Positions 14,701 through 41,420 of a stretch of 64,000 bases of DNA are shown piece after piece. The notes beneath the pieces are model-generated. The model saw only the letters and a list, made by a program, of their open reading frames with translations, searched no databases and had not been told where the DNA came from. Position numbers and translations under genes: made by a program. Every line of letters begins with the position of its first letter. Positions within the stretch are counted from its first letter, which is position 1. The stretch is from Eledone cirrhosa (taxonomy: Eukaryota), in contig CAXHJY010001051.1 in assembly GCA_964016885.1 (NCBI GenBank), forward strand, positions 62,001 through 126,000. Reading direction: 5' to 3'.

Positions 14701-16165
14701 CTGGATGTCCGCGGCGGTGTTCGTCAATGTCTGAAGGTAAGATATTTTTTTCTTTTAACTCTTTCACTTTTCTCTGGAAAAAAAAAAAGAAAACAAGAAT
14801 AGAATAGAATAGAATTATTATTATTATTATAATATAGCATTATTTCATCCTTACGCGGGTCAATAAAATAAAATATCAGTAATGTACTGGGTAATTGCTG
14901 GCCTTGTGCCTAAAGTAGAAACAATTAAATAATAGATTAATTGTTTCTACTTTTGGCACAAGGCCAGCAAATACCCAGTGCATTACTGGTACTTTATTTT
15001 ATCGACCCCGTAAGGATGAAAGGCAAAGTCAACCTCGGCGGGATTTGAACTCAGATCGTAAAGGGACGTAACTCTGCTTGAAAGCATGGCGTCCGACCCT
15101 CTACCGATACCGCCAATCCACACATACAAATACTGACACATAAACACATACAAATAGTGACACATAAACACATACAAATACTGACACATAAACACACACA
15201 TACAAATACTGACACATAAACACACACATACAAAGACTGACGCTAATACACACATACAAAGACTGACGCAAACACAGAAACACGGACACAAAATAATAAT
15301 AATAATGAAATTATTGTGTACAGTGCTCAGGTGCACTACAACTTATCAAAGGTGCATGTATAGTACATAGGGTAATGTTCATATGTCAAGAAAGTGAACA
15401 GTGTATAAGTCATGATATACATGTGTGCGTGTGTATGAAGGCGGTAGGCGGGGGGGGGGGGCATATATGATGATGATAATGATGATGAATTCAGCAGCTT
15501 CTAAAGGTGTAATAATAAAACTTCAATTTCGAAAAAGAAAAAAAAAAACATAATTAGCACACAGGGGCAATCTTTCGTTTTAGGTATTTAAAACTTTGCG
15601 AATATGGCGTCGAAACATGCTGTTTTGGATTCGACATTATTAAAATCCCGCCGAGGTTAACTTTGCCTTTCATCCTTACGAGGTCGATAAAATAAAGTAC
15701 CAGTAATACACTAGGATAATTGCTGGCCTTGTGCCTATAGTAGAAACAATTATTATCCTTTGTGAGATATTCCTGTGAGATTTCGCTTCTTTTGAAGTAA
15801 ATTTTTGTTTTTCTGGATTTTTTTTATTTACGTACCTAAAACGAAATCTTTCGTTTTAGGTACGTAAATAAATGAAGACGTTGTCCCTGTGGTTTCGAGG
15901 CCATATTCGCAAAGTTTTATTCTACGTACCAACAACGAAAGATTGCCGCTCACAGCTAAGAACAGATTAGATTTTTTTTCTACATATTTTGTTTTTTTTA
16001 TGTTCTGCCTTACTCGAAATTGTCTTCTTTAAACACCCAATAAATGTAATTACTTCTAAAAGAAAGAGACAGACAATAACTCACCTCTTCATACCAGTTA
16101 TTAACCAGGTGTTTATGACGATTCTCAGCCACGTCTTTAGCAGACTTCAAAAAAATGGTGTCCAT
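2114..16165 (-). CDS. SPAG8: SPAG8-like ciliary/flagellar microtubule inner protein, 6 coding exons, 195 aa
   Basis: Exons (minus): 16165-16085, 14773-14605, 12181-12136, 5671-5560, 4214-4152, 2230-2114. All introns are GT-AG, phases join into one 588-nt frame. Motifs NNWYEER, RRGHPGIL, PHNFRTEQPVSYW, GVS...FHKNDAFTTP match recalled SPAG8 motifs (NWEEER, RHGHRGLL, PHDYRQEQPETFW, GVS...FRKNCSFSTP). Confidence 0.88.
3435..3820 (+). mobile_element. 3' fragment of CRE-like (RLE) non-LTR retrotransposon
   Basis: Translates with breaks as FLFDPVTVETSGVLAP ... LLQQVLLAIVRRNAFAVL, the typical CRE-clade C-terminus. Confidence 0.6.
3920..4091. mobile_element. Tc1/mariner-pogo-like MITE
   Basis: TACTGTATTTCCCGGC...GCCAGAAAATACTGT imperfect TIRs; related half copy at about 45365-45466 (minus). 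Confidence 0.5.
4152..4214 (-). CDS. SPAG8: SPAG8-like exon 5 (PHNFRTEQPVSYWTEHAGKIH)
   Basis: Pyrimidine tract + CCAG, GTAAGT donor, 63 nt. Confidence 0.9.
4273..5290. repeat. Same 75-bp minisatellite in SPAG8 intron 4
   Basis: Direct tandem copies, some lacking about 14 bp. Confidence 0.95.
5560..5671 (-). CDS. SPAG8: SPAG8-like exon 4 (AEVMDKMEP...STTKDFFHKDF...PKPTQ)
   Basis: TTACAG acceptor, GTAAGT donor, 112 nt. Confidence 0.88.
5660..11240. repeat. 5.6-kb satellite, unit [TT/CT]ACCTCAGCTAT(G/A)TAA(CAA)n
   Basis: Roughly 150-200 units of about 24-36 bp with variable CAA number. Confidence 0.97.
12136..12181 (-). CDS. SPAG8: SPAG8-like exon 3 (GMKQTLLERMLLEKT)
   Basis: TTTTGTAG acceptor, GTAAGT donor, 46 nt, bridges phase 1 to phase 2. 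Confidence 0.82.
12235..12600 (+). mobile_element. RTE-clade LINE 3' fragment
   Basis: RL*WYGHVMRM...GRPRKKW...D...RDKWR; related copies at about 14255-14545 (+), 23770-23985 (-), 25090-25380 (-). Confidence 0.8.
13485..13562 (+). ncRNA. Type I hammerhead ribozyme motif
   Basis: ATTATTTCAT-CTGATGA-stem II-GAAA-C(TTTTG)G-TA-ATGGAATAAT; 10-bp stem I; lies inside inverted repeat 13385-13591. Confidence 0.7.
13600..14165. mobile_element. Two CORE-type SINE copies (family B), tail-to-tail inverted
   Basis: tRNA-like head GGCTTAGTGGTTAG..GAGTTCAATTC, CORE-like TCCTTGAGCAAGACACTT, RTE-like 3' tail with (GAT)n. Other copies at 18400-18708, 22130-22456, 23208-23530 (all minus) and 28180-28340. Confidence 0.8.
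14605..14773 (-). CDS. SPAG8: SPAG8-like exon 2 (RKVKELKEK...RRGHPGILTL...IKTQG)
   Basis: Poly-T/CCAG acceptor, GTAAAT donor, 169 nt. Confidence 0.88.
15566..15947. mobile_element. MITE with ~50-bp TIRs, internal palindrome and nested SINE fragment
   Basis: GGCAATCTTTCGTT...AAAACTTTGCGAATATGGC pairs with GCCATATTCGCAAAGTTTT...AACGAAAGATTGCC; perfect palindrome at about 15826-15870. Confidence 0.65.
16085..16165 (-). CDS. SPAG8: SPAG8-like exon 1 (MDTIFLKSAKDVAENRHKHLVNNWYEE)
   Basis: ATG at 16165, donor GTGAGT, 81 nt, phase 0. Confidence 0.85.
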
Positions 16166-16201
16166 CTTGGTAAAAATTTCTCTCAAACTCTAGACACAAC
16201 T

Positions 16202-16215
16202 ATTGCTATGGTTAC
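16202..16215. promoter_or_regulatory. RFX X-box-like motif upstream of SPAG8
   Basis: ATTGCTATGGTTAC (minus strand GTAACCATAGCAAT), close to the GTTNCCATGGNAAC consensus, about 40 bp upstream of the ATG of a ciliary gene. Confidence 0.6.
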
Positions 16216-16382
16216 CTCACACAAGCGCCCTCTGGCGACTGTTTGTTTCACTCGGGGAAACACGGTGTGTGTGGTTATGTGTGTTTTCTATGCGAGTGTA
16301 TGTGTTTATACTTATATATATATATATGTTTGATTGTGTGTATGTGTCAACTAAATGTGTGCATGTATATATGTGTATGTGC

Positions 16383-16417
<35 letters not shown>

Positions 16418-16624
16418 TAAACGCACATACATATATATATATGTGTGTATGTGTTAACTAAATGTGTGCATGTATATATGTGTATGTGTGTTTATATTTA
16501 TATATATATATATGTTTGTGTGTTTATGTCAAATAAATGTGTGCATGAATATATGTGTACGTGTGTTTATATATATGTTTTTGTGTATGTGGGTGTGTAT
16601 ATATAAATGTGTGTGTGTGCGCGC

Positions 16625-16685
<61 letters not shown>

Positions 16686-16791
16686 AATAATATATATATG
16701 TATATATGTATGTATATATATATGTGTGTATATAGGTTTGTGTGAGTGCATATATCTGTGCGTGTCTATGACTATGTATGTGCGAGTATGG

Positions 16792-16830
<39 letters not shown>

Positions 16831-17258
16831 GATATATATATATATATATATGCAGAGGTTATATTTAATTTGTTGGGATTCAACAAGCTTTAAAATGTTT
16901 ATAACTGATATAAAGCACTCAACAATTATATATATGTGTGTGTATGTGTATTTTTATATATAATCTAGTTGTATGTGTGTGTTTATATGTGTATAGGTGT
17001 ATTGTTTGTATATCTATGTATGTGTGTGTGGGTGCGTATGTGTGTAAATTTTTCAGTATGGGAAATAACTCTTCCAAAAGCTTGCTTTTTATGCAAAGGT
17101 TATCGTTCTTGGATCAATCGCGCGCTTGCGCACACACTCACTCACACACATATATATATATTTATTTCGGCACAAACATATACACACTCACACACATATA
17201 TATATTTATATACGCACACACACACACATATATATATTTATATACGCACACACACATA

Positions 17259-17293
<35 letters not shown>

Positions 17294-17462
17294 ATATATA
17301 GTAATATATAGTAATAATAATATATTTTAAGACTAAAATCCAAAGAGGGCTCCTTAAGGATATATATATAGGAAAATGTATGACCCCGACGGCAGAGCTC
17401 AAGCTGTTTCGATGGCTATTGTGCGTTATGGTCCATCTGGTTCCTTACCACAACTCCTTCGT

Positions 17463-17494
<32 letters not shown>

Positions 17495-17633
17495 TATATA
17501 AACACCCACACATATATATATACACACATACAAACATACACCCGCACATACACATGTTGTTGTTCGTCTGAAGACCTCTACTACTAAAGTGGTACATTAT
17601 ATATTCAGTAGTAAACTATTATTATCATTCAAA

Positions 17634-31466
<13,833 letters not shown>

Positions 31467-31762
31467 GCAGAACTATTTTACAGAGTGGACTGGGTGCATT
31501 TTAGTTAGTATTGGTTATTATAATAATAAAGACTTCTAATTAGAGCTGAAAGACAACAATTTAGAGGGATGGGCATATTGATTAAATTGACCCCATATCT
31601 TTACTAATACTTCATTTTATTGACCCCCAGAAGGATAAAAAACTGTTGACTTTGGCAGGAGTTGAACTCACAGGGTAAAGAGTCATAGCTGCATACATTT
31701 GGCTGATGCTCTCACAATTTTGCCAATCCTCCACCCTGGTATATATATCATCATTATAAATA

Positions 31763-32250
31763 CTAGCAGAAAACCACCCGAAGGTATATATATACATGTA
31801 GATATGATACATCAAATAAAATCGTAATTGACAATATACACAGAAATTGAACGAAGACTGCGTTACACTGTCTTATGTAATCAGTAAAGTAATCCACGAT
31901 GCATTAAAAAAAGACGATATTATATATAAACTGCATTAGGAGAAAATTAGTGACAGAAAATGAATATGTTTATTTAAGCGATCGCCACCGGAAGTGTTGA
32001 CATTTGAACATTTTAAAGAAGTGAATCTTTAAATAAGTAATAAAATATATTTAATGAACAGCTACGAAATTTAGTAGATAAATTATGTAATATTCATTCA
32101 TTAGTACCAGTAATGCACTGGGTAATTGCTGGCCTTGTGCCTAAAGTAGAAACAATTATTTATTCAAAGTAATCCAACTTATTTTACTAATGGGATAAAA
32201 AATTATAAACCGTACGCAGTCCTGCGCTCCTTACTTTATTATAGTTTAGA
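31763..32250 (-). mobile_element. Probable non-autonomous Helitron
   Basis: Minus strand begins A|TCTAAACTATAATAAAG and ends CTGCTAG|T. Confidence 0.5.
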
Positions 32251-32404
32251 TCATCATTGTTTAATGTCTGTTTTCCACGCTAGCATGAGTTAAGCAAGTT
32301 TAACAATTTGAGTCAAGTCAGGGCAGGTGATCATGTCTTGCTCATATATAACTGTTTCTGCTTTGGTTTCTATGGCTGGATGCTCTTCCTAATGCCAACC
32401 ACAT

Positions 32405-32690
32405 TTACGGTGTGGACTGGGTGCTTTTTGTCGTGACACCTACATGACCACTTTACAGTTTGGACTGGGTGTTTGTTTTCATGACCCCTATATGACCACT
32501 TTACAGTGTGGACTGGGTCCTTTTTTTGTCGTGGCACCTACACGACCACTTTACAGTGTGGACTGGGTCCTTTTTGTCGTGACACCTACACGACCACTTT
32601 ACAGTGTGGACTGGGTGCTTTTTGTCATGACACCTACACGACCACTTTACAGTGTGGACTGGGTGCTTTTTGTCGTGTCACCTACACATA
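32405..32690. repeat. 47-bp tandem repeat amplified from a SINE segment
   Basis: TTTACAGTGTGGACTGGGTGCTTTTTGTCGTGACACCTACACGACCAC, about 6 copies. Confidence 0.85.
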
Positions 32691-32954
32691 ATATCTCACA
32701 TGTTTCACATGCATGCTGTACAGTATACTGTATGTACATTAATGTACAGCAATGGGAAATGGGGGAGGGGGTCTTGAATTCTGGAATCAATTAACGCCAC
32801 AGGTAGACGTATACCTGTATATATAAAAATTAAAACTCTAAAAACAAATTTTTAACAAAATTCTTCAATAAATTTTAAATTTTTTTTCTTTTGTGTTTTT
32901 GCTTGTTGTTATACCTGTGTTAGTTTTGTTTTAAAATTATAAAATTTAACCTTT

Positions 32955-33715
32955 CTAATGAAATATGGTAATGAAAGAGTTAATGACATAGACAGTGTCT
33001 CTCATTAGAAATATGGTAATGAAAGGGTTAATTATATAGACAGTGTCTTTCATTAGAAATATGGTAATGAAAGGGTTAATGACATAGTGTCTTTCATTAG
33101 AAATATGGTAATGAAAGGGTTAATTATATAGACAGTGTCTTTCATTAGAAATATGGTAATGAAAGGGTTAATAACATAGACAGTGTCTTTCATTAGAAAT
33201 ATGGTAATGAAAGGGTTAATGACATAGTGTCTTTCATTAGAAATATGGTAATGAAAGGGTTAATTATATAGACAGTGTCTTTCATTAGAAATATGGTAAT
33301 GAAAGGGTTAATGACATAGACAGTGTCTTTCATTAGAAATATGGTAATGAAAGGGTTAATGACATAGTGTCTTTCATTAGAAATATGGTAATGAAAGGGT
33401 TAATTATATAGACAGTGTCTTTCATTAGAAATATGGTAATGAAAGGGTTAATGACATAGTGTCTTTCATTAGAAATATGGTAATGAAAGGGTTAATTATA
33501 TAGACAGTGTCTTTCATTAGAAATATGGTAATGAAAGGGTTAATGACATAGACTGTCTTTCATGAGAAATATGGTAATGAAAGGGTTAATGTCATAGGTA
33601 GCGTCTTTCATTAGAAATATAGTAATGAAAGGGTTAATTATATAGACAGTGTCTTTCATTACAAATATGGTAATGAAACGGTTAATGACATAGTGTCTTT
33701 CATTAGAAATATGAC
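32955..33715. repeat. ~45-50-bp minisatellite (also at 31060-31280)
   Basis: CTTTCATTAGAAATATGGTAATGAAAGGGTTAATGACATAGACAGTGT. Confidence 0.92.
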
Positions 33716-34055
33716 AATGGTAAAACCATATGACCCAGCCACTCTTGTGAGTAATACCTCTACAGGTAACACCAAATACCTGGCTGCCCTTGTGAGTAAC
33801 ACAAATCCTCAGCCACCCCATATTCTAAACCAATCCTTATAACCCTACCTCTTCCATATTAATATCTTCCCATGGCACCAATAACTTGACAATGGAAGAT
33901 ATTTTATTAAGAGAGACCTTGACACAAGATAGGATGTTTTGTTTAACAAAAGCTATGAGAACTCCACAACACCCTTTCAATACACAATACACACTATCCC
34001 ACACACAATACACACTCTCACACACACAATACACACTCTCACACACACACACAAT

Positions 34056-34424
34056 CAGGGCCGGATTTAGATTTGATGAGGCCCTAAGCTATTTGAGATA
34101 ATGGGGCCCTTTATATGTTATAAAAAATGTTATATAAACTGCAAAACGTTCAATATTAGAGCAGAAAACTGTTTAAAACTATTGCATTATTTTAGTTCTT
34201 TACGATCTGAGCTCAAATCCTGCCGAGGTTGACTTTGCCTTTCATCCTTACGGGGTCTATAAAATAAAGTACCAGTAATGCACTGGGTAATTGCTGGCCT
34301 TGTGCCTAAAGTAGAAACAATTATTTTAGTTCTTTTTTATGTTATATTTTGGAAATGTACACACCCCAAGGAAGTGGGGGCCCTAAGCTATAGCTTGTTT
34401 AGCTTATACATAAATCCCACTCTG
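34056..34424. mobile_element. hAT-type MITE with nested SINE fragment
   Basis: CAGGGCCGGATTTA...TAAATCCCACTCTG ends, 8-bp direct repeat CACACAAT on both sides, subterminal GGCCC motifs. Confidence 0.65.
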
Positions 34425-34839
34425 CACACAATATACACACACTCTCTATTGCACAAAATACACACATATTCTCTCTCACACACACACACACACACTATCG
34501 CACACACATGCACACTCTTATACACACATAAAAACATATACACATATACACACAAAATATAAGTTTATGTATAACTTTGATAGGTTTCGGCCAGTATTGG
34601 CCCACGTCATGTCTAACTTAATAGCACCACCTGGGTGCTATTTATTTATATATATATATAGATATATATATTATATACACACATATATTATATACATATA
34701 CACACACATATAAATATATTATATACACACACATATATACATATATAGACAAATATAAACTCACTGACAGACATACAGGAACATACACAAAGACATGTAA
34801 ATACATTTTATTGCAGCATGACTCTCCGAAAGTATATAT

Positions 34840-35340
34840 ATCATCATCATCATCATCATCATCGTTTAACGTCCATCTTCCACGCTTGCATGGGTTTGGA
34901 CGGGAATTTTCCCACTTGAGGCAAGATTGGTTGTCTTGCTCATATAGGACTGTCTGGCGGGTTTTCTACAGCTGGATGCCCTTCCTAACACCAACCACAT
35001 TTACAGTGTGGGACTGGGAGGTTTTTACCGTGTTGCCTACATGGCCACATTACAGCGTGGACTGTCTGGCGGGTTTTCTACAGCTGGATGCCCTTCCTAA
35101 CACCAACCACATTTACAGTGTGGGACTGGGAGGTTTTTACCGTGTTGCCTACATGGCCACATTACAGCGTGGACTGTCTGGCGGGTTTTCTACAGCTGGA
35201 TGCCCTTCCTAACACCAACCACATTTACAGTGTGGGACTGGGAGGTTTTTACCGTGTTGCCTACATGGCCACATTACAGCGTGGACTGTGTGTTTTTTGT
35301 CGTGACACCTATACGATCTCATTTGTTTCGGCCTGGATGT
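34840..35340 (-). mobile_element. SINE-like family C (AGGAAGGGCATCCAGC body, (GAT)n tail) with a 112-bp internal triplication
   Basis: Related copies at about 452-620, 880-1230, 11760-12095, 12600-12845, 13045-13370, 18855-19115, 19840-20340, 36186-36590, 37010-37320. Confidence 0.7.
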
Positions 35341-37344
35341 AGAAATATATATAGTGAAAGAGTGAAGAATAACATGGTCAGCTGTACAAAAAGGGTTTTA
35401 TTTACAGTATTAACAATTGTTGCATTGATCAGGTGAGTTTAAAGGCCGCTAATCACCCGAAGTTGCGTCACTCGACCTTAAATACAGTGTGTGTCTCTGA
35501 TGAAATCATCGGAATACTGGAGGGTGTAACACATGGCACTGGTATTTATAGATACATCGGAGAATCAAGCGGATGAAAACAATAACATCAATAATTGTTT
35601 CTACTTTAGGCACAAGGCCAGCAATTGTACCAGTGCATTACTGGTACTTTATTTTATCGACCCCGTAAGGATGAAAGGCAAAGTCAACCTCGGCGGGATT
35701 TGAACTCAGATCGTAAAGGGACGTAACTATGCTGGAAAGCATGGCGTCCGACCCTCTACCGATACTGCCAATCCATAATAAAAGATAATAATAAAGAAGT
35801 TAGAATGATAAAGATGTAAGAAATAATTGTTTCTACTTTTGGCACAAGGCCAGCAATTGTCCCAGTGTATTACTGGTACTTTATTTTATCGACCCCATAA
35901 GGATGAAAGACAAAGTTAACCTCAGCGGGATTTGAACTCAGACCATAAAGGGCTGTAACATAAAATTTCACTTTTCAAATTAAATTCTAATTTTATTTCC
36001 TCTGTATAGTATTTTTGTCACGATCTACATTTGTCACGATCTACATTTGTCACGATCCAGGCATTGTTTGTTTTCTAATTACGGTGGAGTCATTCAAATC
36101 AGACAGGCCAAATGTACTAATGTTTCTATTGGTCCATTGCTCATTGCTGTTACTATCTATTGTTTGAATCAGTTATATATATATATCATCATCATCATCA
36201 TCATTTAACATCCATCTTCCACGCTTGCATGGGTTTGGACGGGAATTTTCCCACTTGAGGCAAGATTGGTTGTCTTGCTCATATAGGACTGTCTGGCGGG
36301 TTTTCTACAGCTGGATGCCCTTCCTGACACCAACCACATTTACAGTGTGGGACTGGGAGGTTTTTACCGTGTTGCCTACACGGCCACATTACAGCGTGGA
36401 CTGTCTGGCGGGTTTTCTACAGCTGGATGCCCTTCCTAACACCAACCACGTTTACAGTGTGGACTGGAAGGTTTTTACCGCGTTACCTACACGGCCACAT
36501 TACAGCGTGGACTGTGTGTTTTTTTGTCGTGACACCTACACGACCTCATTTATTTCGGACTGGATGTTGTGGTACCAACATAACTTTACATCAAAACTTA
36601 ATGTATAAAATCTCTGAATGACAATCCCCACTGTGTGAATGTGTTAAATGAACTGATAAAAGAGTTTAACTATTCTTGTTAATATTATTATAACTATTAT
36701 ATTAACCACAAGTGTAACAAATTGAATGTTATTATTTATATTTCGGTGGATTGGCAGTATCGGTAGAGGGTCGGACGCCATGCTTTCCAGCATAGTTACG
36801 TCCCTTTACGATCTGAGTTCAAATCCCGCCGAGGTTGACTTTGCCTTTCATCCTTACGGGGTCGATAAAATATAGTACCAGTAATGCACTGGGTAATTGC
36901 TGGCCTTGTGCCTAAAGTAGAAACAATTATTTATATTTGAAAAACTCAGATTACATTTATTGAATTCAGCCATGTAGAACAAAATTTTCTTTCATATATA
37001 TATGACCCCATCCACACCACCCTTTCAATGTAAAGTTATGCTGTTACCACAACATCCAGCCCAAAACAAATGAGGTCGTGTAGGTGTCACGACAAAGAAA
37101 CACACAGTCCACGCTGTAATGTGGCCGTGTAGGCAACACGGTAAAAACCTCCCAGTTCCACACTGTAAACGTGGTTGGTGTTATGAAGGGCATCCAGCCT
37201 TAGAAAACCCGCCAGACAGTCCTATGCGAGCAAGACAACCACTCTTGCCTCAAGTGGGAAAATTCCCGTCCAAACCCATGCGAGCGTGGAACATGGACGT
37301 TAAACGATGATGATGATATATATATATATATATGAAAGAAAATT

Positions 37345-37505
37345 TCTCACCACCATAGGTACTGAGTTGGCCAGCTGCAGGTGTGAGCCCTGCAAGTAGG
37401 AATGGCTTTTCCAGCGCGTCTCCCTTGCCGTCCTCCGGGGGGGAACACCTTCTCTATCCTGTCCGCCAGGGCTGTGGAGGGGGGCATTGCGTAACATTCC
37501 ATATT
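37345..37505 (+). mobile_element. Second CRE-like 3' fragment
   Basis: EWLFQRVSLAVLRG-NTFSILSA. Confidence 0.55.
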
Positions 37506-37514
37506 TAGGTATCT

Positions 37515-38020
37515 GTGATTACCTTTAGCTTCGTGATTACCACCTGTACAGGTACCACCATACCTCCAGCCAGCTTCGTGATTACCACCTGTACAGGTAC
37601 CACCATACCTCCAGCCAGCTTCGTGATTACCACCTGTACAGGTACCACCATACCTCCAGCCAGCTTCGTGATTACCACCTGTACAGGTACCACCATACCT
37701 CCAGCCAGCTTCGTGATTACCACCTGTACAGGTACCACCATACCTCCAGCCAGCTTCGTGATTACCACCTGTACAGGTACCACCATACCTCCAGCCAGCT
37801 TCGTGATTACCACCTGTACAGGTACCACCATACCTCCAGCCAGCTTCGTGATTACCACCTGTACAGGTACCACCATACCTCCAGCCAGCTTCGTGATTAC
37901 CACCTGTACAGGTACCACCATACCTCCAGCCAGCTTCGTGATTACCACCTGTACAGGTACCACCATACCTCCAGCCAGCTTCGTGATTACCACCTGTACA
38001 GGTACCACCATATCTCCAGC
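37515..38020. repeat. 45-bp minisatellite, about 11 near-identical copies
   Basis: GCTTCGTGATTACCACCTGTACAGGTACCACCATACCTCCAGCCA. Confidence 0.95.
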
Positions 38021-38259
38021 CACTCTTGTGAGTAATACCTCTACAGGTAACACCAAATACCTGGCTGCCCTTGTGAGTAACACAAATCCTCAGCCACCCC
38101 ATATTCTAAACCAATCCTTATAACCCTACCTCTTCCATATTAATATCTTCCCAAGGCACCAATAACTTGACAATGGAAGATATTTTAAGAGAGACCGTGA
38201 CATAAGCTAGGATGTTGCTTTGTTGTTTAACAAAAGCTATGAGAACTCCACAACACCCT

Positions 38260-39720
38260 TTCAATACACAATACACACTATCACACACACACTATCACAC
38301 ACACAATACACACTATCACACACACACTATCACACACACAATACACACTATCACACACACAATACACACTATCACACACACAATACACACTCTCACACAC
38401 ACAATACACTCTCTCACACACACACAATACACACTATCACACACACAATACACTCTCTCACACACACACAATACACACTCTCACACAATACTCACTATCA
38501 CACACACAATACACACTCTCACACACACAATACACACTCACACACAATACACTCTCACACACACACACAATACACACTATCACACACACAATACACTCTC
38601 TCACACACACACAATACACACTCTCACACACACAATACACACTCACACACAATACACTCTCTCACACACACACAATACACACTCACACACACACAATACA
38701 CTCTCACACACACACACAATACACACTATCACACACACAATACACACTCTCACACACACACACACAATACACTCTCTCACACACACACAATACACTCTCT
38801 CACACACACACAATACACACTATCACACACACAATACACTCTCTCACACACACACAATACACTCTCACACACACAATACACACTCTCACACACACAATAC
38901 ACACTCACACACACAATACACACTCTCACACACACACTCTCACACACACACACAATACACACTCTCACATACAATACTCACTATCACACACACAATACAC
39001 ACTCTCACACACACACAATACACACTATCACACACACACAATACACACTCACACACACACACTATCACACACAATACACTCTCACACACACACAATACAC
39101 ACTATCACACACAATACACACTCACACACACACACTATCACACACACAATACACTCTCACACACACACAATACACTCTCATACACACTCACACACACACA
39201 ATACACTCTCACACACACACAATACACACTATCACACACACACAATACACACTCACACACACACACTATCACACACACAATACACACTCTCACACACACA
39301 CTATCACACACAATACACACTATCACACACACAATACACACTCACACACACACACTATCACACACACAATACACACTCTCACACACACAATACACACTAT
39401 CACACACAATACACACTATCACACACACAATACACACTCTCACACACACAATACACACTCTCACACACACAATACACACTCTCACACAGATACAGTACAC
39501 ACACTCAATACACACACTCTCACACATACTCTCTCTCACACACACACAATACACACACTCTCACACACACACAATACACACAGTCTCACACATACTCTCT
39601 CTCACACACACACAATACACACACTCTCAATACACACACAATACACACACTCTCAATACATACATAATACACACACACACTCTGATACACATAATACACA
39701 CATAATACACACACTCACAC
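38260..39720. repeat. CA-rich compound microsatellite
   Basis: CACAATACACACT(A/C)TCACA units. Confidence 0.9.
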
Positions 39721-39862
39721 ACAGACATGCTCACACACATGTACTTACATACACTTAGTCAACCTCGGCGGTATTTGAACTTCACAGCCTAGATTTCAAA
39801 CACTTCGACAAATTTCATTGAAATTAGAAAAAAAACTAATCTAGTTTAGTTTATATACATTA

Positions 39863-40747
39863 GGGTGGTGGATTGGCAGTATCGGTAGAGGGTCGGACGC
39901 CATGCTTTGCAGCATAGTTACGTCCCTTTACGATCTGAGTTCAAATCCTGCCGAGATTGACTTTGCCTTTCATCCTTACGGGGTCGATAAAATAAAGTAC
40001 CAGTAATGCACTGGGTAATTGCTGGCCTTGTGCCTAAAGTAGAAACAATTAAATAATTGCTATTCTGAGTTCAAATCCCGCCGAGGTTAACTTTGCCTTT
40101 CATCCTTACGGGGTCGATAAAATAAAGTACCAGTAATGTACTGGTGATTGCTGGCTTTGTGCCAAAAGTAGAAACAATTAAATAATAGATTAATTGTTTC
40201 TACTTTTGGCACAAGGCCAGCAATTACCCATTACTGGTAATGGCAGTAGATTGGCAGTATCGGTAGAGGGTCGGACACCATGCTTTGACGCATAGAGTTA
40301 CGGCCCTTGCCATTCTGAGTTCAAATCCCGCCGAGGTTAACTTTGATTTCATCCTTACGGGGGTCGATAAAATAAAGTACCAGTAATACACTGGGTAATT
40401 GCTGCTCTTGTGCCAAAAGTAGAAACAATTAAATAATAGATTATATACATTATAAATAATTGTTTCTACTTTAGGCACAAGGCCAGCAATTACCCAGTGC
40501 ATTACTGGTACTTTATTTTATCGACCTCCGTAAGGATGAAAGGCAAAGTCAACCTCGGCGGGATTTGTTTCTACTTTTGGCACAAGACCAGCAATTACCC
40601 AGTGCATTACTGGTACTTTATTTTATCGACCCCGTAAGGATGAAAGGCAAAGTTAACCTCGGCAGGATTTGAACTCAGACCGTAAAGGGACGTAACTATG
40701 TTGGAAAGCATGGCGTCCGACCCTCTACCGATACTGCCAATCCACCG
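39863..40747. mobile_element. Cluster of tRNA-derived SINE copies (family A) in both orientations
   Basis: A box TGGCAGTATCGGTAG, B box GAGTTCAAATCC, body GCCTTTCATCCTTACGGGGTCGATAAAATAAAGTACCAG. Other copies at about 11270-11483, 14845-15120, 27965-28178, 35595-35960, 36745-36930, 41836-42025. Confidence 0.85.
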
Positions 40748-41361
40748 CAATAATTATTAATAATGGTATATCATGCAATGGCCATACTCGATAACGAGGG
40801 GGCAGCCATCATCATCATCATGTATGTATGTATGTATGTATGTATGTATGTGTATATATATATATATGTATATTTGTGTGTGAGTATGTGTGTATATATA
40901 TATATATATGTCTGTCTGTATGCATATATGTATGTATAATTCCATGTATGTGTGTGTGTATCTTTGTGTGTATGCATGTGTATGTATATGCGCGAGGACA
41001 TAGAAATATGCGCCACCGACATCCCACCACATCACTCCACCACCACTAGACTTGTCATCAATAACAGATCACCCCAAACATACCACCACCACCACCACCA
41101 CCACCACTACCACCACTCTCCACTAGCACTACTACTACCACCACAACCACTGCCACAACCACCACCACCACCACCTCCACCACCACCACCACTACCACCA
41201 CCATTACAATTGTCATCAATAAGAGATCAGACCAAACAATCTAATTATATGAACCCAATGCCTCATCAATACCAAAATCAATCAGGTTGCTTTGTATTTT
41301 ATCCTTCTTCATTATCGATCCTTAAATGAACTGCTCACATCTCTCCACTCCTTTGTCCCTG

Positions 41362-41420
<59 letters not shown>

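Noticed and set aside
37347-38123. Repeat-protein ORFs (WRYGGTCTGGNHEAG)n and (PPASFVITTCTGTTI)n
   Set aside because: A 45-bp array with no synonymous variation between units, open on both strands, with no exon boundaries.
39863-39955. tRNA gene
   Set aside because: A and B boxes belong to a multi-copy SINE head; no complete cloverleaf.
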